Source: Phycisphaerales bacterium (GTDB lineage Bacteria > Planctomycetota > Phycisphaerae > Phycisphaerales > UBA5793). From it: DNA of 64,000 nucleotides. The translations under genes and the position numbers were made by a program. The DNA is taken from assembly GCA_044229655.1 (NCBI GenBank), contig JBGASM010000007.1:106675-170674 (forward strand). The letters run 5' to 3'. The notes beneath the pieces were generated by a model. The model searched no databases, was not told the DNA's origin, and saw nothing but the letters and a program-made list of their open reading frames with translations. Of the stretch, positions 18,402-26,944 are shown piece after piece (the stretch's first letter is position 1; each line of letters opens with the position of its first letter).

Positions 18402-19367
18402 CTACCCAAGGTCGGGACGCGGATGCGGATGCATCCACCCGCGCCAAAGACGCTGGAACCCTTCATCCTGAAGTCCGCCGCTGTAGTGCAAAGTGATTGA
18501 GCCCACGGGGCCGTCGATATGGACCAAGAGTTGTTCCTGGAACACTCTGATGCGCGTGATGAAAATGACAGTGTCCTGAATTGTCCAGCGGCGGCCCTTT
18601 CGGTCGGTGAGCGTGCCCATCCCGACGATGGGGTTCATCGCCGCGCCAAAGCGGAATCCCATGGCCCGAGCGACGGGAATGGCAAACATGAGAAAGACCG
18701 CCAGCGAGCCCACGAGATTCAGGCTGCCCGCACTGCCTCGAAACGCGGCTGGGACCACGTTGGTCAAAAAGTAGAACGTGCCGACGATGACCATGAACCA
18801 GTAGGTGCCGGACCACTTTCTCGGCGCGGACTCCACCCAGTCCGGCTCGATGAGTGAATCGTCAAGTGGAATCTGCTGGAGCCTGTCGGCGAGCCTCCGG
18901 TCCACAATGATGAGTCCGCCGGATAGCCCGGCATCGTCGATCACTTGGCGAAGAACGAGCGGAGCAGGACGAAACGCAGTGTCCAGGTGTGGTCGTGGGC
19001 CCTTTGGCCCGCCGCTGATCTCCAGGGCCGTTTGGATGCGCGCGTGCGTGTCCTGGGAATCAAGTTTCGTTTGCCGCTCCAGTGCGGCGTCTCTGGCGCG
19101 CCGCCAGCGCAACAGGCTGACGAGCCCGAGGCTCCACGGCACTGCGACAAACATGGCGCACACGACAAGCGTGCCCGTCAGAATCCCCGTGTTCTTGAAT
19201 GGCGCAAAATAATGTGACCCGACGACAAACAGCGGCATGACGACGGCGAATACGAATCCGATACTGAGCCACTGCCACGGCGAGTGGATGTGCGTGCAGT
19301 CAATGGCGACAATGTCAGGTGGTTTGAGTGCAGGTGTGATGGTCGGCGGATGCTCGGATGTATCCAT
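18402..19367 (-). CDS. integral membrane protein (hypothetical)
   Basis: 321-aa ORF with several hydrophobic segments (WLSIGFVFAVVMPLFVV, LTGTLVVCAMFVAVPWSLGLV, YWFMVIVGTFYFL, LVGSLAVFLMFAIPV). TAG stop. No motif recognised. Confidence 0.5.
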   Translation of the reverse strand: MDTSEHPPTITPALKPPDIVAIDCTHIHSPWQWLSIGFVFAVVMPLFVVGSHYFAPFKNTGILTGTLVVCAMFVAVPWSLGLVSLLRWRRARDAALERQTKLDSQDTHARIQTALEISGGPKGPRPHLDTAFRPAPLVLRQVIDDAGLSGGLIIVDRRLADRLQQIPLDDSLIEPDWVESAPRKWSGTYWFMVIVGTFYFLTNVVPAAFRGSAGSLNLVGSLAVFLMFAIPVARAMGFRFGAAMNPIVGMGTLTDRKGRRWTIQDTVIFITRIRVFQEQLLVHIDGPVGSITLHYSGGLQDEGFQRLWRGWMHPHPRPDLG

Positions 19368-19368
19368 T

Positions 19369-20076
19369 TCACCGTCCGCCGAAGGAGACCTGGAAGGCCA
19401 GTTGCTCCAGCTGCACCGCCAGGTCCACTGAAATGATGGGCACCGGCTTGCCGACGATCTCCAGCCTCTTGGGCGCGAAGTTCAGGATTCCCAGCACACC
19501 TGCCCCCACAAGTTGATCACATACCGCTTGCGCAGCGCCCGCCGGGACCGCGATGATCCCGATGCGCACTTGATTGGTATGCACGAACGCGGGTAGATCG
19601 GAAAGCGGGAGGATGGGGCGGTTGTGAATCGTCGCGCCGGCCAAGGCCTGGTCGTTGTCGAACGCGCCCACGATGCGAAATCCCTTCCGCTCAAATCCCG
19701 CGTGCGCCATGAGGGCGCGCCCGAGATTCCCAGCCCCCACGATCACCGAGTTCCAAGGCTTGTCGGTTCCCAGCACACGCCGCAACTGCGCCACCAGTTC
19801 CGCGACTGAGTAGCCGATGCCCGGCTGCCCGAACTGCCCGAAATAGGCCAGGTCCTTTCGCACTTGGGCATCCGAGAGTCCGAGCATCGAGCCCAACTGC
19901 TTCGACGACAGTGTCGTGACGCCCGACTCCTGCTGCGCTTCCAGTTCGCGCAGGTACAGGCACAGCCGCTTCACCGCGGGACCGGGAATCGGCCCCTGCC
20001 CGTTGCCGCCGTTCAGCCCAGCCTCTGGGGCTGCCGGTTCGGCGCTGTTCTTGATGGGATCGCGGTGATGCTGCAC
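19369..20076 (-). CDS. rex: redox-sensing transcriptional repressor Rex
   Basis: Winged-helix block LSSKQLGSMLGLSDAQVRKDLAYFGQFGQPGIGYSV, followed by the Rossmann motif VIVGAGNLGRAL. Confidence 0.85.
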   Translation of the reverse strand: MQHHRDPIKNSAEPAAPEAGLNGGNGQGPIPGPAVKRLCLYLRELEAQQESGVTTLSSKQLGSMLGLSDAQVRKDLAYFGQFGQPGIGYSVAELVAQLRRVLGTDKPWNSVIVGAGNLGRALMAHAGFERKGFRIVGAFDNDQALAGATIHNRPILPLSDLPAFVHTNQVRIGIIAVPAGAAQAVCDQLVGAGVLGILNFAPKRLEIVGKPVPIISVDLAVQLEQLAFQVSFGGR

Positions 20077-20440
20077 GTGTGGTTCTGCGTTTCGAAAGGC
20101 CCCAAAGATAGCGTCCCCTGAGTCATTTTCCCCGCTGCTTCGTCCCTAGTCGACCCCGGCAAATCGAGGGCCGACCGGGACAGAGCGGAATGCTGGGCCG
20201 TTATAGGCGGCGCATGTCGGATAAAGCGAACCCTTTTTGCATCATTTTCGCCCGCCCACTCAAGTTTGCTGGCGTGCCAGCGTCATATGCGGCACACTCA
20301 TCATGTTGCGCAGCGCGGTTGGCACAGATCGCCCCGTTTCACAGCCGTGAATCTCCCGCCCTCTTGCAACCTGATGCACCCCCGACGCGTGACGTCCCGC
20401 TTCGAGTGAGGCGGAATGTCACGGATAATGCCGGAAAAAC

Positions 20441-21145
20441 ATGGAGAAAGATGACATGATCGCAGCCCTGCTTGTGACCTCAACCGCTTTGGTGTCCAAC
20501 ACGCTGGCCGGCGGAGACTTCAATCTGCCCGAGCACCTCTCGAACCGCAACGTGCTTGTCGAGCCGACGCCCTATCCCTTCGGCCGGGCCCGCATTGTGA
20601 CCGCCTCGGTCTCAGCGACTCCGGATTTCGTGATTTCGGAAACCATGCCCTTCACCCGCACCCCCGGCTGGCGCAACGGCTGGCTGAACCCCGGCCCGAC
20701 CCAGTTCGGCGCCGCTGGTGATGATTGGGGATACGCGCACGTTCGCATCGGCCAGCTTCCGATCCTGTTCAGCGGATTTCAGAACTATCGCGAAGAACTG
20801 CCCGCCGAGTTCCACAGCGCACGCCGCATCTGGCTGATTGAGAATGGCTACGTGGGCGCGGCCCGTCGCGTGGTTCGCGCAGACCGCCAGCACGAGCAGT
20901 GCGCCGACATGTGCGGGAAATGCGACAAGACCCAGGCCGCCCTCCCCAAGCCCCGCGCGATCCTTGAGATTCATCGCCAGGACAACGGTCAGGTCGTTCC
21001 CTCGGAAGATGCCCGTCTCCAGGCCGTCCGCACCAGCCCGACCCACGTCGTGATCACGTCGGTGCATTCAGAGACAGCGCAGACCGAACTGGCCTCGACG
21101 CAGAGCGCGCCGGAGTCGGAAAAGTCGGCCGGGACAGAACTCTGA
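20441..21145 (+). CDS. secreted hypothetical protein
   Basis: 234-aa ORF with a signal-like N-terminus (MIAALLVTSTALVSNTLAGG). An intrinsic terminator follows it. No motif recognised. Confidence 0.5.
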   Translation: MEKDDMIAALLVTSTALVSNTLAGGDFNLPEHLSNRNVLVEPTPYPFGRARIVTASVSATPDFVISETMPFTRTPGWRNGWLNPGPTQFGAAGDDWGYAHVRIGQLPILFSGFQNYREELPAEFHSARRIWLIENGYVGAARRVVRADRQHEQCADMCGKCDKTQAALPKPRAILEIHRQDNGQVVPSEDARLQAVRTSPTHVVITSVHSETAQTELASTQSAPESEKSAGTEL

Positions 21146-21185
21146 AAAACTCGTCTTTTTCGGGAAAAACAGCCAAAAAGTCGTC

Positions 21186-21226
21186 GCGCCCCGCGCAGGG
21201 TTTCACCCGCGGGGCGCGGTGTTTTT
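21186..21226 (+). terminator. rho-independent terminator
   Basis: 10-bp perfect stem GCGCCCCGCG / CGCGGGGCGC with a 13-nt loop, followed by GTGTTTTT, 40 nt after the stop at 21145. Confidence 0.65.
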
Positions 21227-21260
21227 GGGCGTTTTGCCTTACTTTGGAAACAATTGTCCT

Positions 21261-21301
21261 GAAAACGAAAACCGCCGACCGGAGAAACTCCAAGTCGGCG
21301 G
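21261..21301 (-). terminator. rho-independent terminator-like hairpin on the minus strand
   Basis: 8-bp stem CCGCCGAC / GTCGGCGG. On the minus strand it is followed by TTTTCGTTTTC. No annotated minus-strand gene lies upstream of it. Confidence 0.4.
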
Positions 21302-21486
21302 CGGGTGGATGGCAGTTGTACTCGATACAGTATGGCAAATCGTTTTCGGCTGAGCAAGCAAAAAAGGCTCAGAATCGTGAAAAAGTTGAAAAGTTGTGGT
21401 AATCGGGTCATGTTTTCCTGCTCTTTCTCTCCTTTCGGGTTCCATCCAGCCGTCTCTCCACGGCTGTGGTTTTCTGAGGTCGCGCC

Positions 21487-22494
21487 GTGACTCCGATCAG
21501 CCCCAACCAACCAGTTGGCCGGCCGACGCTGACAACGGCGGCGCGGGTCGAGTTGCGGAGAGTGGTTGGCGGCGTGGATCCGGCGCTGGTGGCGGCGAGC
21601 CGGTTTCTGGGGGCGCGGCGAGGCGTGCATCTGCTGGCTGCGGTTGGACTTGGGCGCATTTTTGCATCAATCATCGACGGGAGCGCACTGGACGAGCGGG
21701 CAGGTGAGGGCAAAGTGGCTGATGCGACAAGTTGCGGCTGTGGGGGAGACTCGCTCGATTCGCGGGTGCAGATCGCTCGAAACGTTGTGGACTTCCTGTT
21801 TCATGACGTCGGCAGCGGACCAATCGGGCGCGTTGAGATGGAGGCGTTTGCGGCGGTCTGCGGCGATGCGGGATGGAGCGAGGACGATTGGTCTGATCTC
21901 ATCAACGCACTGGCCCAGGCAAGTCAGGTACAACGAGTCGCGACTTTTGCGTCCGGGGAGGCCCTATTGGGCGGGCTGGTTGCAGCCTGGACCAAGATCC
22001 TGACTGCGGGTGGGAACCTCAGCGCCGAATCGGAGGCGATCCGCGCAATTGGCTTGAGCATGCAATGGCACGCGCGGATTTTCAACCTGGCCGGTGACTG
22101 GATGGGCGGGGCGTTGTGGGTCCCTCTGGAGACGCTCGCCGCGCAGGGAGTGCGAGATGTGAAGTTCGGAGCGGCGATCCAGTCGGGGCATCCAGATCCT
22201 GCAAGTCTGGATGCAGTGCGGGCAGTCTTGGCGCGGGCGCAACTGCATGCGACCAATGCGGAGCGGATGGGACTCGGAATAGCGGACGGCGACGTGAGGG
22301 CAATTACGCTTTGTGCGACGGCTTGGCGGTTGCGGGCCGAGGAGAAGGTAAAGCAGTGGAGTGAGGGAACTGCAGAGGCCGCGAAGCCCGGAGTAACGGA
22401 GACGGGCGCTAGCGCACGGGGAGGGGACTGGTATCGTGGAGCGATACGGCAAGCGCTGGTGCGGCCGGGACGGTTTGTTGAACAGGCTCGCTAG
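21487..22494 (+). CDS. hypothetical protein (faint isoprenoid-synthase-like helical pattern)
   Basis: 335-aa ORF, GTG start, TAG stop, all-helical composition. The segment GGALWVPLETLAAQGV recalls the YLP..EL..GV segment of phytoene/squalene synthases, but no DxxxD motifs were seen. Start uncertain. Confidence 0.45.
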   Translation: MTPISPNQPVGRPTLTTAARVELRRVVGGVDPALVAASRFLGARRGVHLLAAVGLGRIFASIIDGSALDERAGEGKVADATSCGCGGDSLDSRVQIARNVVDFLFHDVGSGPIGRVEMEAFAAVCGDAGWSEDDWSDLINALAQASQVQRVATFASGEALLGGLVAAWTKILTAGGNLSAESEAIRAIGLSMQWHARIFNLAGDWMGGALWVPLETLAAQGVRDVKFGAAIQSGHPDPASLDAVRAVLARAQLHATNAERMGLGIADGDVRAITLCATAWRLRAEEKVKQWSEGTAEAAKPGVTETGASARGGDWYRGAIRQALVRPGRFVEQAR

Positions 22495-22508
22495 GCACGT
22501 GGAGCGAT

Positions 22509-23075
22509 ATGGCTGGAGCAGCGCACATTATTCTCATCGGACCGCGTGCCACGGGAAAGACGAGCGTGGGGCGAGCGCTGGCGGAGGCCGTCGGCCGCGA
22601 GTTTCTCGACCTTGACGACCTGGTGCGCGAGGCATGGCAAGGTGCGACAGGGCGTGCCTCGACCGTGGCGGAAATCTGGCGCGAGGCAGGAGAGGGGTGG
22701 TGGCGAGGGATGGAGGAAAGGTGTTTTGAGGCCCTGTTTACGACGAGGACAAAGCCAATCGTCCTCGCACTGGGTGGCGGAGCGCCGACAGTTCAGGGGA
22801 TCGAGCGAGCTATCCAGCACCGGCGGAGTATGGGTGAGGCGCGCGTGATTTATCTGCGCAGCGGCGTGGCAGACCTTCAAAGCAGACTGCGGGAGGGAAG
22901 TGCTGCGCTTGATCGCCCGTCGCTCACGGGCATGGGGACGGTGGAGGAAGTGGCCGAGGTGCTGCGAATGCGGGAGCCGGTTTATGCACGGCTTGCTGAT
23001 GTCGTGGTGGCAAGTGAGCGCGGAGGCGTGCAGGCGACTGTGAATGCCATGCAGAGGGCAATCGCAGCGATGTAA
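22509..23075 (+). CDS. aroK: shikimate kinase
   Basis: P-loop ILIGPRATGKTSVGRALAEAVGREFLDLDDLV, the LALGGGA block, and a size of about 188 aa. Confidence 0.85.
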   Translation: MAGAAHIILIGPRATGKTSVGRALAEAVGREFLDLDDLVREAWQGATGRASTVAEIWREAGEGWWRGMEERCFEALFTTRTKPIVLALGGGAPTVQGIERAIQHRRSMGEARVIYLRSGVADLQSRLREGSAALDRPSLTGMGTVEEVAEVLRMREPVYARLADVVVASERGGVQATVNAMQRAIAAM

Positions 23076-23338
23076 ATCATTATGGGACGGAAAAATGCTG
23101 TGTTTTGGTGTGAAATCGCCACGATTCCCGGCACCGAAGTTCAATCCACGCTAAACTTACAGGTGGAGGAATGAGCCGTTCGTGAAACAACACGACGGTT
23201 GGAAAGAAGTCTGGTCGTTCTGACCACTATTGGGATTCACGGAAATTTTGCTTGAATTGGCTCAGCGCTGTCCTGTGGCAGGCGTTGGGGCATGGAACTC
23301 AGACACATCCGGATGAGACGCCGGAGAGGGACATTGGT

Positions 23339-24028
23339 ATGGAGGCTGGTGGATTAGTCACGAGGGGACGGCCGCGGCGCAGCGGCGCGTTCACACTCCT
23401 GGAGTTGCTCGTTTCCATCGCCGTTCTGGCGATTCTGATCGGAATGCTTGCCCCTGCGCTGGCGCAGGTCACGGGAGTCACGGGTCCGCTCATGCGATGC
23501 GGGCGGAACCTGCACAGTCTGCATCAAGCGATGACGATGTACGTGAATGACAATCGCGGCATCCTGCCCAACGGGCAGTACTACCCGATCTGGGAACCGG
23601 ACGCGGATAGCCTCCAGCGTTATGCGCCGCGCCTGGATGAAACGCTTGCGCCCTACGGTGGGGAGATGAAAGAACTCTGGCTGTGCCCAGCGGATCGGAG
23701 TAATCCGGCTTTGACGCGCGACGTGAACCTGATGGCCAGCAGTTACATTTATCCGGCGTCCCGGATGATGAGCAGCGCTCGACTGCAGTATGACATGCTC
23801 GCGTCAAAATTTCTGGAAATGCCGCTGCTGGCGGACATGCGGGCATTCCATCGCATGGGGCAGGACGATACTGCAGCGGTGTTGGAAGCCTCGTTCATCC
23901 TCGACCGCAATCGCGGCGAGGCGTTCGTGAATTGGGCCCGTAGGTATCCCACGGGCCACAACCGAGTTCGTATGGACGGAAGCATCACCGCGACGGTGAA
24001 CCGCCCGACTGCCAATTCGGACCAGTAA
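23339..24028 (+). CDS. prepilin-type N-terminal cleavage/methylation domain protein (PulG/DUF1559-like)
   Basis: GAFTLLELLVSIAVLAILIGMLAPAL leader, with a C-terminal HNRVRMDGSI segment resembling the H-X-DG tail of planctomycete pseudopilin-like proteins. Start placed at the ATG at 23339. Confidence 0.75.
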   Translation: MEAGGLVTRGRPRRSGAFTLLELLVSIAVLAILIGMLAPALAQVTGVTGPLMRCGRNLHSLHQAMTMYVNDNRGILPNGQYYPIWEPDADSLQRYAPRLDETLAPYGGEMKELWLCPADRSNPALTRDVNLMASSYIYPASRMMSSARLQYDMLASKFLEMPLLADMRAFHRMGQDDTAAVLEASFILDRNRGEAFVNWARRYPTGHNRVRMDGSITATVNRPTANSDQ

Positions 24029-24043
24029 CGCGGCACAACCAGG

Positions 24044-24874
24044 TCAAAGGCCGGCGGCGGCTTCCACAATCTCGCGAAGGTGGAGGGGGCTGAGCGTTCC
24101 CACGATGAGCAATGAGACGCCGGACTCGCGCAGGGCAAACTGCACGGCGGCGCGGATGCCTGCGGGGCCATCGAGCGCCGAGCGACCAGCGCCGAGCCCC
24201 TTCTTGATGAGGATGCCTGCGCCGCGAGCGGCGGTGTATTCGATCACCGGGCGCATGGACGTGTCGGACTGGTTGAGGCTGACCATGAGCGCCTGGTATC
24301 CCTGGTCAAGGGCAAGGCGGGCGCCTGCGACGGTCTTCACTGACGCACCGAAGCAGCGCACCTGACCAGCGGCAACGAGCGGCGAGCGCCAGTCGGCCGT
24401 CGACGCCTGGCGGAGGCACTGGACATCATCATCACCGCAATGCACAAGCAACAGGTCGATGGTCGAAATTCGCAATCGACTGAGGCTGCGCTGCACACTG
24501 GCGGCCAATGCGGCGGGAGAGAAGTCGAAACGTGAATGCGTGCCATCGAACTCCTCACCCGCCTTCGTGCAGATGGTCCAGTGATCGCGCGGCGCGACTT
24601 GGGGCAGCAACTCACCCAGCCGCACTTCACTGGTCCCGTACGCGGGTGCGGTGTCGATCAGAGTAACTCCGAGAGTCTGAGCGGTCTGGAGAAGCGCTCG
24701 GGCAACGTCATCGGAAGGGAGGTCAAAAGGGGCTGGATACTTGACGCCGGTGTTGCGGCCGAATTTCACCGTGCCCAAGCCCACAGGGCTGACCGTGAGG
24801 CCTGTGGAACCGAGCGGACGAGGCTGGAGCGGCGGGGAAGTCACTGGGTGTACCACGAAGTCACGGATTCCCAA
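24044..24874 (-). CDS. aldo/keto reductase
   Basis: LGSTGLTVSPVGLGTVKFG...DLPSDDVARALLQTAQTLGVTLIDTAPAYGTSE and a downstream LLVHCGDDD block are typical of the AKR family. Confidence 0.85.
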   Translation of the reverse strand: MGIRDFVVHPVTSPPLQPRPLGSTGLTVSPVGLGTVKFGRNTGVKYPAPFDLPSDDVARALLQTAQTLGVTLIDTAPAYGTSEVRLGELLPQVAPRDHWTICTKAGEEFDGTHSRFDFSPAALAASVQRSLSRLRISTIDLLLVHCGDDDVQCLRQASTADWRSPLVAAGQVRCFGASVKTVAGARLALDQGYQALMVSLNQSDTSMRPVIEYTAARGAGILIKKGLGAGRSALDGPAGIRAAVQFALRESGVSLLIVGTLSPLHLREIVEAAAGL

Positions 24875-26058
24875 GGCGGAAGCGCAATCTTCGGACGGGG
24901 GAAGGGACGGAGCGCATCGACAGCACGATTCGAGGTCGTGGCTTTATCGGCAAGAGGATTCGGCAGGCAATGAAGAGCGTCGGTGACGAGATCTGCAGCG
25001 CGAGGCGCGAGTGCGAGTTTCGTCGGCCAAAGGGTGATGAGCGGGCCATCGATGTGCATGGAGACGTCGTCGGGGCGTGCGCCTCCGGGGCGGCTTATTT
25101 CCGCGCGATCGATGCGGACGGTTGAGTATGCGGCGGACGAGAAGTCGATCCAGGGAAAGACCTCGGACAGTTCGCGCCGAGCGCAGGCGATCTGTTCAGT
25201 CTCTGATCTGGCCACGCCAGACTCGGCGATCTCGCCGCCGATGTACCAGATGGCCGAGCCATCCGAGTGCTGATGGGTGGTGATGGTGAGACGTGGAGTT
25301 GCGGAGAGACCCAAAGCGTGGGCGTAGAGCGGAGGAAGGGAGGGGCTCCTGACCATGACCATGTGGAGCGGGCGGCGCTGCATGGCGGGTTGGGTTCGTC
25401 CCAGCGCTGCGAGGAGATCGGCGTTGCCGGCTCCGCCGGCGAGCACGACGTGCCGCGCGCTGAGCTTGAGGGTGCGGTCTCCCAGGGCCAGGGTCAGCGT
25501 GACGGAGTTCGTGCTTGGCTCCATGCGGAGATCCGCAATACGCGGAACGTGGACACAGCGGTCCAGATGGGGCTTAGCGAGGGCAGCAACGACCGAGGGC
25601 ACATCCAGGACGACTTCGTCGAGACGGTACACGGACCCCGCGAAATTCGGATTCCAGAAAATCTGCGGGGCATCTTCGCGCCGCAGGGGCTGGGAACGGG
25701 CGGACATGAGCTTGCTGGCGAAGAAAGTGGAGATGCCGGAGGCGAGCGCGCGGGTGGAAAACAGGTAATGGGCATCGGAAGAGATGCGTGCGGCGGCAAG
25801 GTCGACGGAATCCTGGCCGTGGAGTGCGGCGCGCCAGCGCTGAGGCATATCGCGGACGGACTCGGATGCGTGGGTGATTTTTCCGAGAAGCGCGTACTTG
25901 GCGCCGCCGTGAATGATGCCCTGGGAGGCGACGGTCTGGGATGCGCCGAGAGCGAAGCGTTCGAACAAGTACGCATCGCAGTCGCGAGCGCGGAGGTGCG
26001 CGAGCGTCCAGAGGCCGGCGATTCCACCGCCGAGAATGGCGACGTCGATGGGGATCAT
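24841..26058 (-). CDS. FAD-dependent oxidoreductase (glycerol-3-phosphate oxidase/DAO-like)
   Basis: Dinucleotide fold DVAILGGGIAGLWTLAHL..Y.FE, then ASQTVASQGIIHGG. Start placed at MIPIDV (26058). Confidence 0.78.
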   Translation of the reverse strand: MIPIDVAILGGGIAGLWTLAHLRARDCDAYLFERFALGASQTVASQGIIHGGAKYALLGKITHASESVRDMPQRWRAALHGQDSVDLAAARISSDAHYLFSTRALASGISTFFASKLMSARSQPLRREDAPQIFWNPNFAGSVYRLDEVVLDVPSVVAALAKPHLDRCVHVPRIADLRMEPSTNSVTLTLALGDRTLKLSARHVVLAGGAGNADLLAALGRTQPAMQRRPLHMVMVRSPSLPPLYAHALGLSATPRLTITTHQHSDGSAIWYIGGEIAESGVARSETEQIACARRELSEVFPWIDFSSAAYSTVRIDRAEISRPGGARPDDVSMHIDGPLITLWPTKLALAPRAADLVTDALHCLPNPLADKATTSNRAVDALRPFPRPKIALPPWESVTSWYTQ

Positions 26059-26303
26059 GTCGTGTTCTGCGGAGCGCACGCACGAGATCATTCAGCCGCG
26101 CAGCGCGTGAATCAACGCGCCAAAGCGCGAGGAAGCGCGCTGAGAGCGCGTGAGATGAGAAAGTGGAAGTGTGAAAAGGTTTTCGTTCAAGACTTGCCTT
26201 GAGCGCGTCCGATAGGAATAGTCATGCGACGGCGCTACACGTGAGCGTCGTTCGACAGGCGATTCGTCAACCAGGGCTCCGACTTCTCTTAAGGAGAAAC
26301 ACC

Positions 26304-26372
26304 ATGGCCAAGAAGAAGACCGCGAAGAAAGCCGGCAAGAAGAAGGCTTCAAAGAAGAAGTCCAAGAAGTAA
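26304..26372 (+). CDS. 22-codon lysine-rich micro-ORF (MAKKKTAKKAGKKKASKKKSKK)
   Basis: A perfect AAGGAG (26291-26296) sits 7 nt before the ATG. 13 of 22 codons encode Lys, in a GC-rich genome. TAA stop. Hairpins and a terminator lie downstream. Confidence 0.4.
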   Translation: MAKKKTAKKAGKKKASKKKSKK

Positions 26373-26530
26373 CTGACGGTTTGATGTGAATGCCCGCCGC
26401 ACGTCATCCTCGTCGTGCGGATGTACGGCGGGCGGATCAGGCGACAGCCGATCCGAAATCCCAAGCGCGACGAATCGATTGAGTTGATTTGGTTTGGATT
26501 GAGTTGACAGACAACACACGAGTCGCCCTT

Positions 26531-26565
26531 GGGACGCCCGATTGTCGGGCGTCCCTGTCGTTTTG
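26531..26565 (+). terminator. rho-independent terminator
   Basis: 11-bp perfect stem GGGACGCCCGA / TCGGGCGTCCC around TTG, followed by TGTCGTTTTG. Confidence 0.55.
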
Positions 26566-26621
26566 CGGTCAGCGCGCTCTACGATCGGGCGGCAAGGCGG
26601 GAGCATGGGAAGCGGGTCGCG

Positions 26622-26882
26622 ATGGCGCATGTGATCACAGAGCCCTGCATCGGAACGAAGGACACGGCGTGCGTCGGCGTGTGCCCGGTGGATTGCATTC
26701 ACCCCACCAAGGATGAGACGGAATACGAGTCGGAGGGGCAGTTGTACATCGATCCGGCGACATGCATCGATTGCGGGCTGTGCATCGAGGCGTGCCCCGT
26801 GCATGCGATTTACCGGGAAGAGGATGTGCCCAAGGAATGGCGGAAGTACATCGAGTTGAATGCGGCCTACTTTCAGCGCTAG
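26622..26882 (+). CDS. fdxA: 4Fe-4S (7Fe-type) ferredoxin
   Basis: MAHVITEPCIGTKDTACVGVCPVDCIHP ... CIDCGLCIEACPVHAI. Start is at 26622, because the longer ORF-track start would include the terminator hairpin. Confidence 0.85.
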   Translation: MAHVITEPCIGTKDTACVGVCPVDCIHPTKDETEYESEGQLYIDPATCIDCGLCIEACPVHAIYREEDVPKEWRKYIELNAAYFQR

Positions 26883-26944
26883 GCGGCAGGCGGAGAGCGC
26901 AGCGGATTGGAGGGTGGTGAGAGAGGTTGCGATGGTGAAGCGGC

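Noticed and set aside
20338-20351. TTCAC-AGCC-GTGAA inverted repeat as a possible Rex operator between rex and the divergent gene
   Set aside because: The arms are only 5 bp and the flanks do not extend the symmetry. The half-site order (TTCAC...GTGAA) is the reverse of the known Rex box (TGTGAA-N4-6-TTCACA). This is too weak to call.
26092-26352. 86-aa minus-strand ORF in the gap after the FAD oxidoreductase gene
   Set aside because: It is Ser/Arg-rich, lacks an SD and has no motif. It is antisense to the SD-preceded lysine-rich micro-ORF, which explains the sequence better.
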